Below, piece after piece: positions 49,059 to 58,394 of a stretch of DNA of 64,000 nt. The notes under the pieces were generated by a model. That model ran no database searches and was not told the origin of the DNA. It saw only the letters and a program-made list of their open reading frames with translations. Within the stretch, counting starts at the first letter, position 1, and every line of letters starts with the position of its first letter. The stretch is taken from positions 7,119 to 71,118 of the forward strand of contig CACZJZ010000018.1 in NCBI GenBank assembly GCA_902781655.1, read 5' to 3'. A program made the position numbers and the translations under genes. The stretch is from an uncultured Lachnospiraceae bacterium (GTDB lineage Bacteria > Bacillota > Clostridia > Lachnospirales > Lachnospiraceae).

Positions 49059-50372
49059 CTAACGGCTGCTCCTTTTCGGTGGTTTTGGCCCCGGAAACTG
49101 GTAGAAATAGGTTCTCAGCATTCCGTTGTAGATTTTGCGGTTTTTCGAAGCATGCATCCCCAGCTGACGTTCGCAGTCCTCATAGGAAGTGATGAGGTAG
49201 AGGGACCATGAATCGAGACCGCGGAAGCGCTCGCCGAGCGTACGGTAAAGCGCAGCGATTTCGGCGGGAGCGTCCGGAAGGGCGTCTTTCCCGGACCTGC
49301 GCGCTGCGGCTGCGGAAGAAGTATCCCGGACGGGTCTCAGCCCGTCATGTAAAATGGAGCGGCCCGCGGCGGCTTCCCGTTCCGCGCGGGTCTCGGCGAC
49401 GCTCCTCGGGGCGTTGCTGCCGGGAGTGAAGGAGGCGATGCGTTCTCCGTAGGGCGGATTGGTGATGATAAACCCATATTTTTTGGGATGACTGAGCTGG
49501 TCGACGGGGCGAACCTGTAGGTGAAGCAGGCTGGAAACACCGGCCTGCGCCGCGTTGGCACGCGCGGCAGCGATGGCATCCGGGTCAATGTCGTACCCCT
49601 GGATGTCGGTTTCGATGGAGAGATCCACCATGTCCTCCGCCTCTTCCCGGGCGTCCTTCCAGTATCGTTTGTCGATGAGTCCGGTCCAGTGTTCGGCGGT
49701 AAAATGACGATGCATGCCGGGGGCAATATTCGCAGCGATCATGGCAGCCTCGATCGGAATGGTGCCGCTTCCGCAGAACGGATCCACGAGGATGCGGTCG
49801 CCACGCCAAGGCGTGAGCAGAATGAGGCCGGCAGCGAGATTCTCGGCGATCGGCGCTTTGACGGCCATGCGGCGGTAGCCACGCTTGTGAAGAGACTCTC
49901 CGCTGGTATCGATCGCGGCAGTGACCTGATCTTTCATGAGAAAGACCCGGACAGGGTAGGCGTCTCCGTCCTCGGGAAACACGGCAAGGTGGTAGCGCGT
50001 CTTCATCTTTTCCACCATCGCCTTCTTCATCACGGACTGGATGTCAGAAGGAGAGAAGAGCGCGGACTTCACTGACGAAGCCTTCGTCACCCAGAATCTG
50101 GCGTCGCATGGAAGAAAATCTTCCCAGGGGAGCGCATAGGTGCCCTGAAACAGCTCTTCCCACGTTTTGGCCTCAAACTGACCCACCTTAAGCAAAATAC
50201 GTTCTGCCGTGCGCAGCCCGATGTTAGCCCGTGCAATGGCGTCCGCATCTCCGAGAAAGGTGACGCGCCCGTCACTGACATCCGTGATTTCATAGCCGAG
50301 ATCATAGATTTCGTTTTTTACTACGCTTTCCATGCCGAAATGACAGGGAGCGATGAGCTCATATGTCTGCAA
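49059..50372 (-). CDS. THUMP-domain SAM-dependent RNA methyltransferase (RlmL-like)
   Basis: TTG start after GGAGG; SLHKRGYR, DPFCGSGT, ITNPPYG. Confidence 0.88.
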   Translation of the reverse strand: MQTYELIAPCHFGMESVVKNEIYDLGYEITDVSDGRVTFLGDADAIARANIGLRTAERILLKVGQFEAKTWEELFQGTYALPWEDFLPCDARFWVTKASSVKSALFSPSDIQSVMKKAMVEKMKTRYHLAVFPEDGDAYPVRVFLMKDQVTAAIDTSGESLHKRGYRRMAVKAPIAENLAAGLILLTPWRGDRILVDPFCGSGTIPIEAAMIAANIAPGMHRHFTAEHWTGLIDKRYWKDAREEAEDMVDLSIETDIQGYDIDPDAIAAARANAAQAGVSSLLHLQVRPVDQLSHPKKYGFIITNPPYGERIASFTPGSNAPRSVAETRAEREAAAGRSILHDGLRPVRDTSSAAAARRSGKDALPDAPAEIAALYRTLGERFRGLDSWSLYLITSYEDCERQLGMHASKNRKIYNGMLRTYFYQFPGPKPPKRSSR

Positions 50373-50502
50373 GGAAACCTCCTGCCCCGCGCGCGGGGGA
50401 ATATAATAGCCGAAACCGTACTTATTGTAATGCACAGAAACGACGCCGCGCAAGAAAAGTTCGGAGCTGGACCCGGTTCGTACCAGAGAGCAGGAAAAGT
50501 GT

Positions 50503-50532
50503 TTGACACGCTCGGAAGGGGAGCCTTATAAT
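50503..50532 (+). promoter_or_regulatory. Promoter of rplM-rpsI
   Basis: TTGACA-18 nt-TATAAT, followed by a leader of about 200 nt. Confidence 0.75.
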
Positions 50533-50743
50533 AGTCTCCGTGCGACGGCACAGACAGCGGCTGAATTCTGCACTTTTGAGATCGGAACAGATTGTTCCGC
50601 ATCGCACCTGTGCAGTGGAAGAGAAATCTTTTCCTGCCCATCAGTCTAGCGGACTCCCCGGTTTTAGCGAATCTGTCTCATGCCCCTGCGAATCGCATAC
50701 TGAAAGGGCAGATGGAACCTGAACTTTTCTTGGAGGAATGACG

Positions 50744-51172
50744 ATGAAGACATATATTCCCAGCGCTGCTGCCATCGAACGCAAATGGTATGTGGTTGAT
50801 GCGACTGATAAAACTCTTGGCCGTCTTGCATCTGAAGTGGCAAACGTCCTTCGCGGCAAGAACAAGCCGATTTATACTCCTTTTCTGGACTGCGGCGATT
50901 ACGTGATCGTGATCAACGCTTCCAAAATCAAGGTCACCGGAAAGAAGATGACCGACAAGATCTATTTCAAGCACACCGGATGGATCGGAAATGCAAAATA
51001 TGCGACTCTTCGTGAAATGCTCGAGAAGAAGCCCTGCAAGGTAATTGAGCATGCAGTAAAGGGCATGCTGCCGGGCGGTTCTCTTGGCGATCAGATGGGC
51101 AAGAAGCTGTATGTTTACGAGGGCGCTGAGTACAAGCAGGTTGCACAGAAGCCTGAGAAACTCGAGTTTTGA
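50744..51172 (+). CDS. rplM: 50S ribosomal protein L13
   Basis: RKWYVVDA...LGRLASEVA...KNKPIYTP...[10 protein letters not shown]. Confidence 0.97.
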   Translation: MKTYIPSAAAIERKWYVVDATDKTLGRLASEVANVLRGKNKPIYTPFLDCGDYVIVINASKIKVTGKKMTDKIYFKHTGWIGNAKYATLREMLEKKPCKVIEHAVKGMLPGGSLGDQMGKKLYVYEGAEYKQVAQKPEKLEF

Positions 51173-51192
51173 TCGGAGAAGGAGATTAGACA

Positions 51193-51591
51193 ATGGCTAA
51201 AGCAGTTACGTATTATGGAACCGGCAGAAGAAAGTCTTCTGTTGCCAGAGTTTTCATGACCCCCGGTAAGGGAAACATCACGGTCAATGGCAAGTCTCTC
51301 GACGAGTATTTCGGACTTGAGACACTGAAGAGAATCGTTCTTCAGCCTCTTGCAGCGACCGGCACGGCGGATCAGTTCGATGTCAAGGTCACCGTAAAGG
51401 GCGGCGGCACGACCGGCCAGGCTGGCGCAGTTCGCCACGGCATTGCCCGTGCACTGAACGAGGCTGACAGAGAAGCCTACAGACCGATCCTGAAGAAAGA
51501 GGGATTCCTCACCAGAGATTCCCGCATGAAGGAAAGAAAGAAGTACGGCCTCAAGGCAGCTCGTCGCGCACCTCAGTTCAGCAAGAGATAA
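51193..51591 (+). CDS. rpsI: 30S ribosomal protein S9
   Basis: [10 protein letters not shown]; [19 protein letters not shown]. Confidence 0.97.
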   Translation: MAKAVTYYGTGRRKSSVARVFMTPGKGNITVNGKSLDEYFGLETLKRIVLQPLAATGTADQFDVKVTVKGGGTTGQAGAVRHGIARALNEADREAYRPILKKEGFLTRDSRMKERKKYGLKAARRAPQFSKR

Positions 51592-51638
51592 TCGTTTCAC
51601 AACTTATTACGTCTTTGGACAATCATATACGATTTATT

Positions 51639-51671
51639 ACACCTCAGGACAACTGTTCTGGGGTGTTTTTT
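51639..51671 (+). terminator. Terminator after rpsI (inside the islet)
   Basis: ACACCTCAGGAC...GTTCTGGGGTGT stem plus T-run. Confidence 0.7.
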
Positions 51672-51787
51672 ATTACATTGAGATAATCACTAAAAATGTA
51701 GAATTCTACAATTTTATTGATTATGACAATATAAGGCGATAACATATAATTGACAAAAATGTAGAAGTCTACAATTTAGGAGATTAT

Positions 51788-53095
51788 ATGATAAAGCGAG
51801 ATAGATATCTGAATCAGTTGATCAATGCCAAAAATAATGGATTTCCGAAAGTGATAACAGGCGTAAGGAGATGCGGTAAGTCATTTCTTCTTAAAGAGAT
51901 ATATAGGGAGTACTTACTTTCAGAGAACATTCCAGAGAGTAGGATAATTATCTTGGAATTGGATGATGATAAAAACAGCAAGTATCGCGATCCTTTAGAA
52001 CTAGGAGCTTATATAAGGGAAAAATGCAAAGAAAAAGATAATTACTATGTTTTTATAGATGAAATACAGAAGGTATATTCTATAATCAATCCAAATTTCA
52101 CTGATGGTAAACATATTTTGGCTGATGCTAATAATACTGAAGTAATTTCATTCGTAGACGTTGTCCTTGGCCTATCAAGAGAAAAAAATATAGATTTATA
52201 TGTGACTGGATCAAATTCTAAAATGTTGTCTTCGGATATTGTTACTGAATTCAGAGATAAGGCAACAAACATAAAGCTGTCTCCACTGTCATTTGAAGAA
52301 TATTATGGATATGTCGGAGGATCAGCAACTGAAGCAATATATAAATATATGCAATACGGTGGAATGCCGTTAGCTGTATTAAAAAGCGACGAAGAGAGAA
52401 AAGAATATCTAAAGAGCTTGTTCGCTACGACATATTTCGCTGATATTGTTGAAAGAAATCAGTTGAAAAAAGGAGAGGCCTTGGATGAGCTCTGTAACAT
52501 AATTAGTTCTTCGACAGGCTCACTACTTAATTCAGAAAAAATAGCCAATACGTTTGAAAGTGTTAGACATGAAAAGATTGATAAGCAGACAGTTGAAAAC
52601 TATATTGGTTACTTTAAAGATGCATTCCTTTTGCGTGAGGCTAAACGTTATGACTTAAAGGGAAGAAAAGAAATAGGTGCTCTTAGAAAGTATTATTTTA
52701 TTGATACTGGTCTACGAAATGCTCGCCTGAATTTCGCTTTTCCAGATGAAGGTCAAATGCTTGAAAACATTGTTTATAATGAACTGTGTTATAATGGTTA
52801 TTCTGTTAATGTCGGTGCTTTTGACACTGTTGAAAAAGATAAAAATGGAAAATCTATAAGGAAAAATAATGAAGTGGATTTTTATGCCACTAAAGGGCTT
52901 AGATCTCTTTATATACAGGTGACTGCTGATATCTCTAATGCAGAAACAAGAGAAAGAGAAATACATCCTTATTTTAAGTTAAATGATCAAGTACAAAAGA
53001 TACTTGTTGTAAATAGACCGATTGGTGAAACACTAGATGAGAATGGATTCTTAATCATAGGGATTACTGAATTTTTATTGAAATATATCAAGTAA
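51788..53095 (+). CDS. AAA_14/DUF4143-type ATP-binding protein
   Basis: GVRRCGKS, FIDEIQ, VTGSNS, YGGMP, KYYFIDTGLRN, ENIVYNEL, EVDF...YIQV. Confidence 0.88.
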   Translation: MIKRDRYLNQLINAKNNGFPKVITGVRRCGKSFLLKEIYREYLLSENIPESRIIILELDDDKNSKYRDPLELGAYIREKCKEKDNYYVFIDEIQKVYSIINPNFTDGKHILADANNTEVISFVDVVLGLSREKNIDLYVTGSNSKMLSSDIVTEFRDKATNIKLSPLSFEEYYGYVGGSATEAIYKYMQYGGMPLAVLKSDEERKEYLKSLFATTYFADIVERNQLKKGEALDELCNIISSSTGSLLNSEKIANTFESVRHEKIDKQTVENYIGYFKDAFLLREAKRYDLKGRKEIGALRKYYFIDTGLRNARLNFAFPDEGQMLENIVYNELCYNGYSVNVGAFDTVEKDKNGKSIRKNNEVDFYATKGLRSLYIQVTADISNAETREREIHPYFKLNDQVQKILVVNRPIGETLDENGFLIIGITEFLLKYIK

Positions 53096-53385
53096 AATAA
53101 TATTACACAAAATGTTTGTTTATGCTAGGAGGAGCCAGCATCAACTATAACATCATAGGGTTTATGCTCAGTTATGGTATCATTTTTTATAGAAGTTCTG
53201 AAATCTGAATAGGGAGATAGTAGATGAAAAAGTTTACTAGAGTTGCCACCAGCCGCATACAGTAGCCCTGAGCTTTCTACCGTACGCAGCAGGTAAACGG
53301 CAACTCGCCTTACAAATGCCCAAAACAAGGCATTTAAGACAGTAAGAAAGTTCTCCAAGAGATAATCGAGAACAAGAGATCATCG

Positions 53386-53420
53386 AAAAAGCCCGGAAGT
53401 ACGCCATTTCCGGGCTTTTT
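53386..53420 (+). terminator. Terminator just outside the right att copy
   Basis: AAAAAGCCCGGAA...TTCCGGGCTTTTT. Confidence 0.75.
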
Positions 53421-53872
53421 CTTTACCCAAATCTCTTTGAAGCCTTTTCGAGACTTTTGAAGAAAAATCGCTCCGATTAAGTGGTTAATACTGGGGCAAC
53501 GATCTCTTAGTAGTTAATTTTTGGGGCACCACACGCGAAAATGCAGATCTGGAGCTATTAGAAAAATTGGAACCGGGAGAGGAACAAAATACCTGAAAAG
53601 CTAAGTCTGGATGATTCTAAGACGCAGGAACCGTCCCATACCATACGTGGAAAAGTGACATGGACCAGAGCAGGGAGTGGCATGCACCCGCAAGTTTACT
53701 TGCAGGGGTGCATGCCACTCTTGTTGTTTATAGCGCGCCAGCGCGACATGAGTCGGACGCGGAGCGGACGACGAAGAAAGTCGCGGGATTTAGGTTCCAT
53801 TTAGGAAGGCGCGGTATGCTCTCCTACAAGGCGGGGATAACCCGCTGGCAAAAGCGGGACAGGAGGCACAGG

Positions 53873-54805
53873 ATGGGCGGATTTCAGGACACATTCCAGA
53901 GAAAAGAGATCAAATATATTCTGAACGCAGCGCAGTATCGGGAAATGCTCCGCTGGCTTCAGCCGATTGCGAGGGTGGATTCCTACGGCGAGACCACGAT
54001 TCAGAACATATATTTTGACACGCCGGATTTCCGGCTGGTGCGCAGCTCTATGGAGAAGCCTCTGTACAAGGAGAAGCTGCGGCTCCGCACGTATGGAATT
54101 CCGGAAGTTGGTTCTACCGCGTTCATTGAAATCAAGAAGAAGTATCACGGTGTGGTGTATAAGCGGAGAATCGGCATGCCATACGGAGAAGCGCTGCGGG
54201 TGCTGTGTCATGGAGAGCTGGAGCGCCTGCTGGGAATGGCCCGGGCACAGCGGAGACTGGAAGAACAGGCGCAGAATGACAGGTACACCGAAGCGCAGAT
54301 CGCGGAGGAGATCGCCTGGTTCTGCAGGGTGCATCGCCCGCTTCTTCCCGCGATGAAGATCCGGTACGACCGGATCGCGATGGTGGGCATCGCGGACCCG
54401 TCGCTCCGGATCACGTTTGACCGGAATCTGCGGTGGTCGATGCATCTGGACCTGCGGGATGCCGCGGAAGGAGAAGCGCTGTTACAGCCGCAGCAGGCTC
54501 TGATGGAGATCAAAATACAGGGCGCGATACGTCCGGATATTGCGCATATACTGAGCGGGCTGGGTGTATATCCGGCATCCTTTTCCAAGTATGGCGAAGG
54601 CTTTGCGCAATATTACGAGGATGCGCGGCGAAGCCGCCGCACCTTATCCTGGCTGGCGGAGCGGGCCTGGCAGAACGCCCGGGATACCTTCGGGCGTCCG
54701 GCGTGCGATCACGATGATCCGGAAGTGCCAGGGCAGAGCGGCGGCAATCTGGAGAACAGATGGCAGCAGCAGACACAGAGAACAGGAGGTCTTATCTATG
54801 CTTAA
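53873..54805 (+). CDS. VTC (polyphosphate polymerase/CYTH-like) domain protein
   Basis: RKEIKY, IYFDTPD, EKLRLRTY, EIKKK, YDRIA, RITFD, MEIK, FSKY; AGGAGG RBS. Confidence 0.88.
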   Translation: MGGFQDTFQRKEIKYILNAAQYREMLRWLQPIARVDSYGETTIQNIYFDTPDFRLVRSSMEKPLYKEKLRLRTYGIPEVGSTAFIEIKKKYHGVVYKRRIGMPYGEALRVLCHGELERLLGMARAQRRLEEQAQNDRYTEAQIAEEIAWFCRVHRPLLPAMKIRYDRIAMVGIADPSLRITFDRNLRWSMHLDLRDAAEGEALLQPQQALMEIKIQGAIRPDIAHILSGLGVYPASFSKYGEGFAQYYEDARRSRRTLSWLAERAWQNARDTFGRPACDHDDPEVPGQSGGNLENRWQQQTQRTGGLIYA

Positions 54806-55481
54806 CACGATATTTTCATCCGTCATCACAGCCGGAACGATCACACCGGCATCCTTTTTTGTATCGACCGCTGTGGCATTTGTGCTCGGAATTTGCATTG
54901 CGCTCTGCTCCCTGCGCATGCAGGAGCATTCGCAAAGCTTTGCAATTACACTCGCGCTGCTTCCGATGATTGTCGAGGCCGTCATCATGCTGGTGAACGG
55001 GAACCTCGGAGCGGGCGTCGCGGTCGCAGGGGCTTTTTCCCTTGTCCGCTTCCGCAGCGCACAGGGGACCGGGCAGGAAATCACGCAGGTATTTCTGGCC
55101 ATGGCGGTTGGACTCGCAGCCGGCATGGGATATCTGGCGATCGCGGCAATCCTCACCGGCCTGGTGCTTTGCGCCTCCATGCTGCTGTACCGCTGCGGCT
55201 TCGGGACCGGAAACCACAGGGAGAGGACGCTTCGCATCACTATCCCCGAGACGCTGGATTTTGAAGGAGTATTCGACGATCTGTTTGCAAAATACACGGC
55301 CCGCGCAGAGCTTATGGATGTCCGGACGACGGGCATGGGATCGCTCTACCGTCTGAGTTATCGGATTGTGATGCGGGACAATGTCTCGCAGAAGCAGATG
55401 ATCGACGAGATGCGGACAAGAAATGGCAACCTGGAAATTGTCTGCTCAAGAGAAATCCGAACGCGGACGGAAGAGCTGTGA
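54798..55481 (+). CDS. DUF4956-type membrane protein
   Basis: GNLGAGVAVAGAFSLVRFRS...AVGLAAGMG; typical VTC neighbour. Confidence 0.85.
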   Translation: MLNTIFSSVITAGTITPASFFVSTAVAFVLGICIALCSLRMQEHSQSFAITLALLPMIVEAVIMLVNGNLGAGVAVAGAFSLVRFRSAQGTGQEITQVFLAMAVGLAAGMGYLAIAAILTGLVLCASMLLYRCGFGTGNHRERTLRITIPETLDFEGVFDDLFAKYTARAELMDVRTTGMGSLYRLSYRIVMRDNVSQKQMIDEMRTRNGNLEIVCSREIRTRTEEL

Positions 55482-55580
55482 TGGATCATAGACCGACGGC
55501 ATCTATGGTCTGAGCAGGGAACGGTTCGCGCAGGCAGTACAGACATACGCGGCGCGGGGAAGAAAGAAGAGGAAACAGAG

Positions 55581-57443
55581 ATGAAAATACAGTCTGTGAT
55601 AAAGCTTTTGGCAGTGATTGTGTCGGTACAGCTTGCGATGACAGGCTGCGCCAATGCGGACTCGGGAAGCGCGGAAAGCAGTCCGGTAAGTCTGTCAGCC
55701 GCTGATAGTACTGCCGGAGACGCTGGCGAAGAGGATGCAGACGCGGCGGGAGATACGGATACGGCGGAGACGGAGGAAGGCCTGCTGGTGAAGCTGGAGG
55801 ACCTCGATCTGGAGGATCAGTTCTCGGACCGGGATCAGGACGCCTCTTATGATAAAGCAACAGCCACAGGCATTGCGCTGGATGGCGACACTGCCAGCGT
55901 GTCAGGAGACGGCGTGACGGTGGATGGCTCTACGGTCACGATCACGGCGGCGGGAACCTACGTCGTCACCGGGGAACTGGACAGCGGACAGATTGTCGTC
56001 GATGCCGGGGATGACGACAAAGTACAGATCGTGCTCGCCGGCGCCTCGATCACTGCCGGGGAGAACGCGGCCATACTGGTCAAAAATGCAGACAAGATCT
56101 TTCTGACGCTCGCGGACGGCACGACAAACACGCTCTCGGACAGCGGAGAGGCGTATGTGCAGCCGGAAGATCTGGAACAGACGGTGGACGGCGTGATTTT
56201 TGCCCTGTGCGATCTGACCCTGAACGGCAGCGGGACGCTCGAGGTGGCAGCGAAGACAGGCCATGGCATCGTCTGTAAGGACGATCTGGCGATCACAGAT
56301 GGCTCTTATCACATCACGGCGGCGGGCAAGGGACTCGCGGCAAACGATTCCATTCGGATTATGGATGGGACATTTGACATTGATGCGGAAGACGATGCCA
56401 TCCATACCAGTAAGGATGACACGGAGGGAAAGGGCTATATTTTCATCCAGGGCGGAACGTTCCGGCTCGCGTCAGGGGATGACGGCATTCACGCGGCGAC
56501 AGCGCTGATCATCCAGGGCGGTGATATCAATATAACAGAATCTAATGAGGGTCTCGAGGGAGATTCCGTTGATATTCTGGATGGAACAATCACGATTGCC
56601 GCCTCGGACGACGGTATTAACGCATCGTCGAATGCAAGCGCCCAGAATGCGGAGAATGGCGGAGATGGGGCGCAGGGAGACGGCGGCTTGCCGAGCGGAA
56701 CCCGGCCGCAGGGAAAGGATGGAATCCATCAGGGATGGAAGACAGCAGATGGAGAGAATCAGACCGGGGCGGAACAAGCTGATACAGAAGATGCAGGGGC
56801 AGAAGGCGCCAGTACAGATGATACTGGAACAGAGGATGCCAGAGCGGAAGGGACAAAGGCAGAGGAAGCAGGGCAGACACCTGCGGCGCCATCTGGCGGC
56901 GCGCGGGGGATGGGCAGAGGGATGAACGCAGACCCGTATGCGTATATCCGGATCAGCGGAGGCACGATTGTGGTCGATGCGGATGGCGACGGTCTTGATT
57001 CGAACGGATCGCTCTATATCGACGGCGGAGATGTGACGGTATATGGGCCGACAGATGATGGAAATGGGACGCTCGATTTCGGGGATGGCGGCGATGCGGT
57101 GGCTGAAATCACCGGCGGTACGGTACAGGCTTCCGGCTCTTCCGGTATGGCGGTGACATTTGCTGATACGTCCACGCAGTATTCTGTGATGTATGTGTTT
57201 GAGGAATCGCAGGCGGCGGGCACGACGGTCACGCTCAGCGACAGCAAGGGGAATGCGATTGCGGAGATGACTCCGGAAAAGGCGTTCCAGTCGGTGATCT
57301 TCAGCAATGCCGATCTGAAGGAAGGCACGTATACGATCACAGCAGGAGATACGGAGGACACGATCACGGTAGACAGTATCTCCGTCACCGCGGGGACACA
57401 GGCTGGCGCAGCAAAGGGAGGCGGGGGCAGGCCCATAGCGTGA
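55581..57443 (+). CDS. Cthe_2159-like carbohydrate-binding beta-helix lipoprotein
   Basis: MTGC lipobox; repeated I.GG.I.I...DDGIHA and DGLDSNG motifs. Confidence 0.82.
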   Translation: MKIQSVIKLLAVIVSVQLAMTGCANADSGSAESSPVSLSAADSTAGDAGEEDADAAGDTDTAETEEGLLVKLEDLDLEDQFSDRDQDASYDKATATGIALDGDTASVSGDGVTVDGSTVTITAAGTYVVTGELDSGQIVVDAGDDDKVQIVLAGASITAGENAAILVKNADKIFLTLADGTTNTLSDSGEAYVQPEDLEQTVDGVIFALCDLTLNGSGTLEVAAKTGHGIVCKDDLAITDGSYHITAAGKGLAANDSIRIMDGTFDIDAEDDAIHTSKDDTEGKGYIFIQGGTFRLASGDDGIHAATALIIQGGDINITESNEGLEGDSVDILDGTITIAASDDGINASSNASAQNAENGGDGAQGDGGLPSGTRPQGKDGIHQGWKTADGENQTGAEQADTEDAGAEGASTDDTGTEDARAEGTKAEEAGQTPAAPSGGARGMGRGMNADPYAYIRISGGTIVVDADGDGLDSNGSLYIDGGDVTVYGPTDDGNGTLDFGDGGDAVAEITGGTVQASGSSGMAVTFADTSTQYSVMYVFEESQAAGTTVTLSDSKGNAIAEMTPEKAFQSVIFSNADLKEGTYTITAGDTEDTITVDSISVTAGTQAGAAKGGGGRPIA

Positions 57444-57514
57444 AGGTTCGTCCGCGGCATGGTATACTGAACCCGGAAAAGCACCAGGCCGGGTAATATG
57501 GGGAGGGCAATACG

Positions 57515-58291
57515 ATGAAGCTGCTGCTGGCGGACGACGAGGAGGAACTGTCCCGTGCGCTCAGCGCGATTCTGAGACACGCCGGGTATACCGTCGATGC
57601 GGTTGACAATGGCAGGGACGCCCTGGAGTATGCAAGAGTCGGTGCCTACGACGGGATGATTCTGGATATCATGATGCCGCAGATGGATGGGATGACAGTG
57701 CTGCAGAAGCTGCGGGCGGAGGGTGTGACGTCGCCGGCGCTGTTTCTCACAGCAAAATCCGAGATCGACGACCGGATTCGGGGGCTGGATCTCGGAGCGG
57801 ATGATTATCTGACGAAGCCATTCGACATGGGCGAACTCCTCGCCAGAGTCCGCGCGATGCTCCGGCGGAGGCAGAATTTTGCACCGGGAGAATTGTCCTG
57901 CGGGAGTGTGTCGCTGGATCGCGCAAGCTGTGAGCTGCATCGCGAAGGATATGCGCCCGTTTGGCTCTCCGCACGGGAGTTTCAGATGATGGAAATGCTG
58001 ATGGAGTCGCCCGGGCGGATCATTTCCGTCGATACCTTCATGGACCGCATCTGGGCGGACGGCTCTGCGGATTCAGATATTGTCTGGGTGTATATTTCGA
58101 ATCTGCGCAAGAAGCTGCGGTCGCTCGACGCGGATGTCGAAATCCGGTCCACCAGGGGATTGGGATATTCGGTGCAGGCTGGCCGGCGGGGATCACTGCC
58201 TGAGGCGGAAGTGAGAACATCTCTACGGAAAACCGGAAAAGCGGAGAACGGGAAAGAACAGAACGCGGAAAAAGAAGAACAGAAAGCGTGA
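57515..58291 (+). CDS. OmpR-family response regulator
   Basis: ADDE, ILDIMMP, GADDYLTKPF, STRGLGY. Confidence 0.93.
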   Translation: MKLLLADDEEELSRALSAILRHAGYTVDAVDNGRDALEYARVGAYDGMILDIMMPQMDGMTVLQKLRAEGVTSPALFLTAKSEIDDRIRGLDLGADDYLTKPFDMGELLARVRAMLRRRQNFAPGELSCGSVSLDRASCELHREGYAPVWLSAREFQMMEMLMESPGRIISVDTFMDRIWADGSADSDIVWVYISNLRKKLRSLDADVEIRSTRGLGYSVQAGRRGSLPEAEVRTSLRKTGKAENGKEQNAEKEEQKA

Positions 58292-58394
58292 AAAGCAGGA
58301 AGCAGGGACAGCGGAGCAGGGAATGGAGCAGAGCAGCTGGATAAAATGGAAGAAGTGGAACCCGGTCCGGTTTTTCGGCCGGCAGGAGGCGCCG

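Larger units (their letters stand above)
51577..53368. mobile_element. AT-rich islet bounded by att-like direct repeats of the rpsI 3' end
   Basis: TTCAGCAAGAGATAATCG (51577-51594) versus TTCTCCAAGAGATAATCG (53351-53368); sharp GC drop; no integrase. Confidence 0.78.

Noticed and set aside
51697-51773. TGTAGAA/TTCTACA motifs as Cas12a-type repeats
   Set aside because: They lack the AATTTCTACT...GTAGAT layout and array spacing, and fit operator palindromes better.
53125-53358. 77-aa minus-strand ORF as a real gene
   Set aside because: Its start codon lies inside the att repeat and I cannot assign a family. Treated as a remnant.
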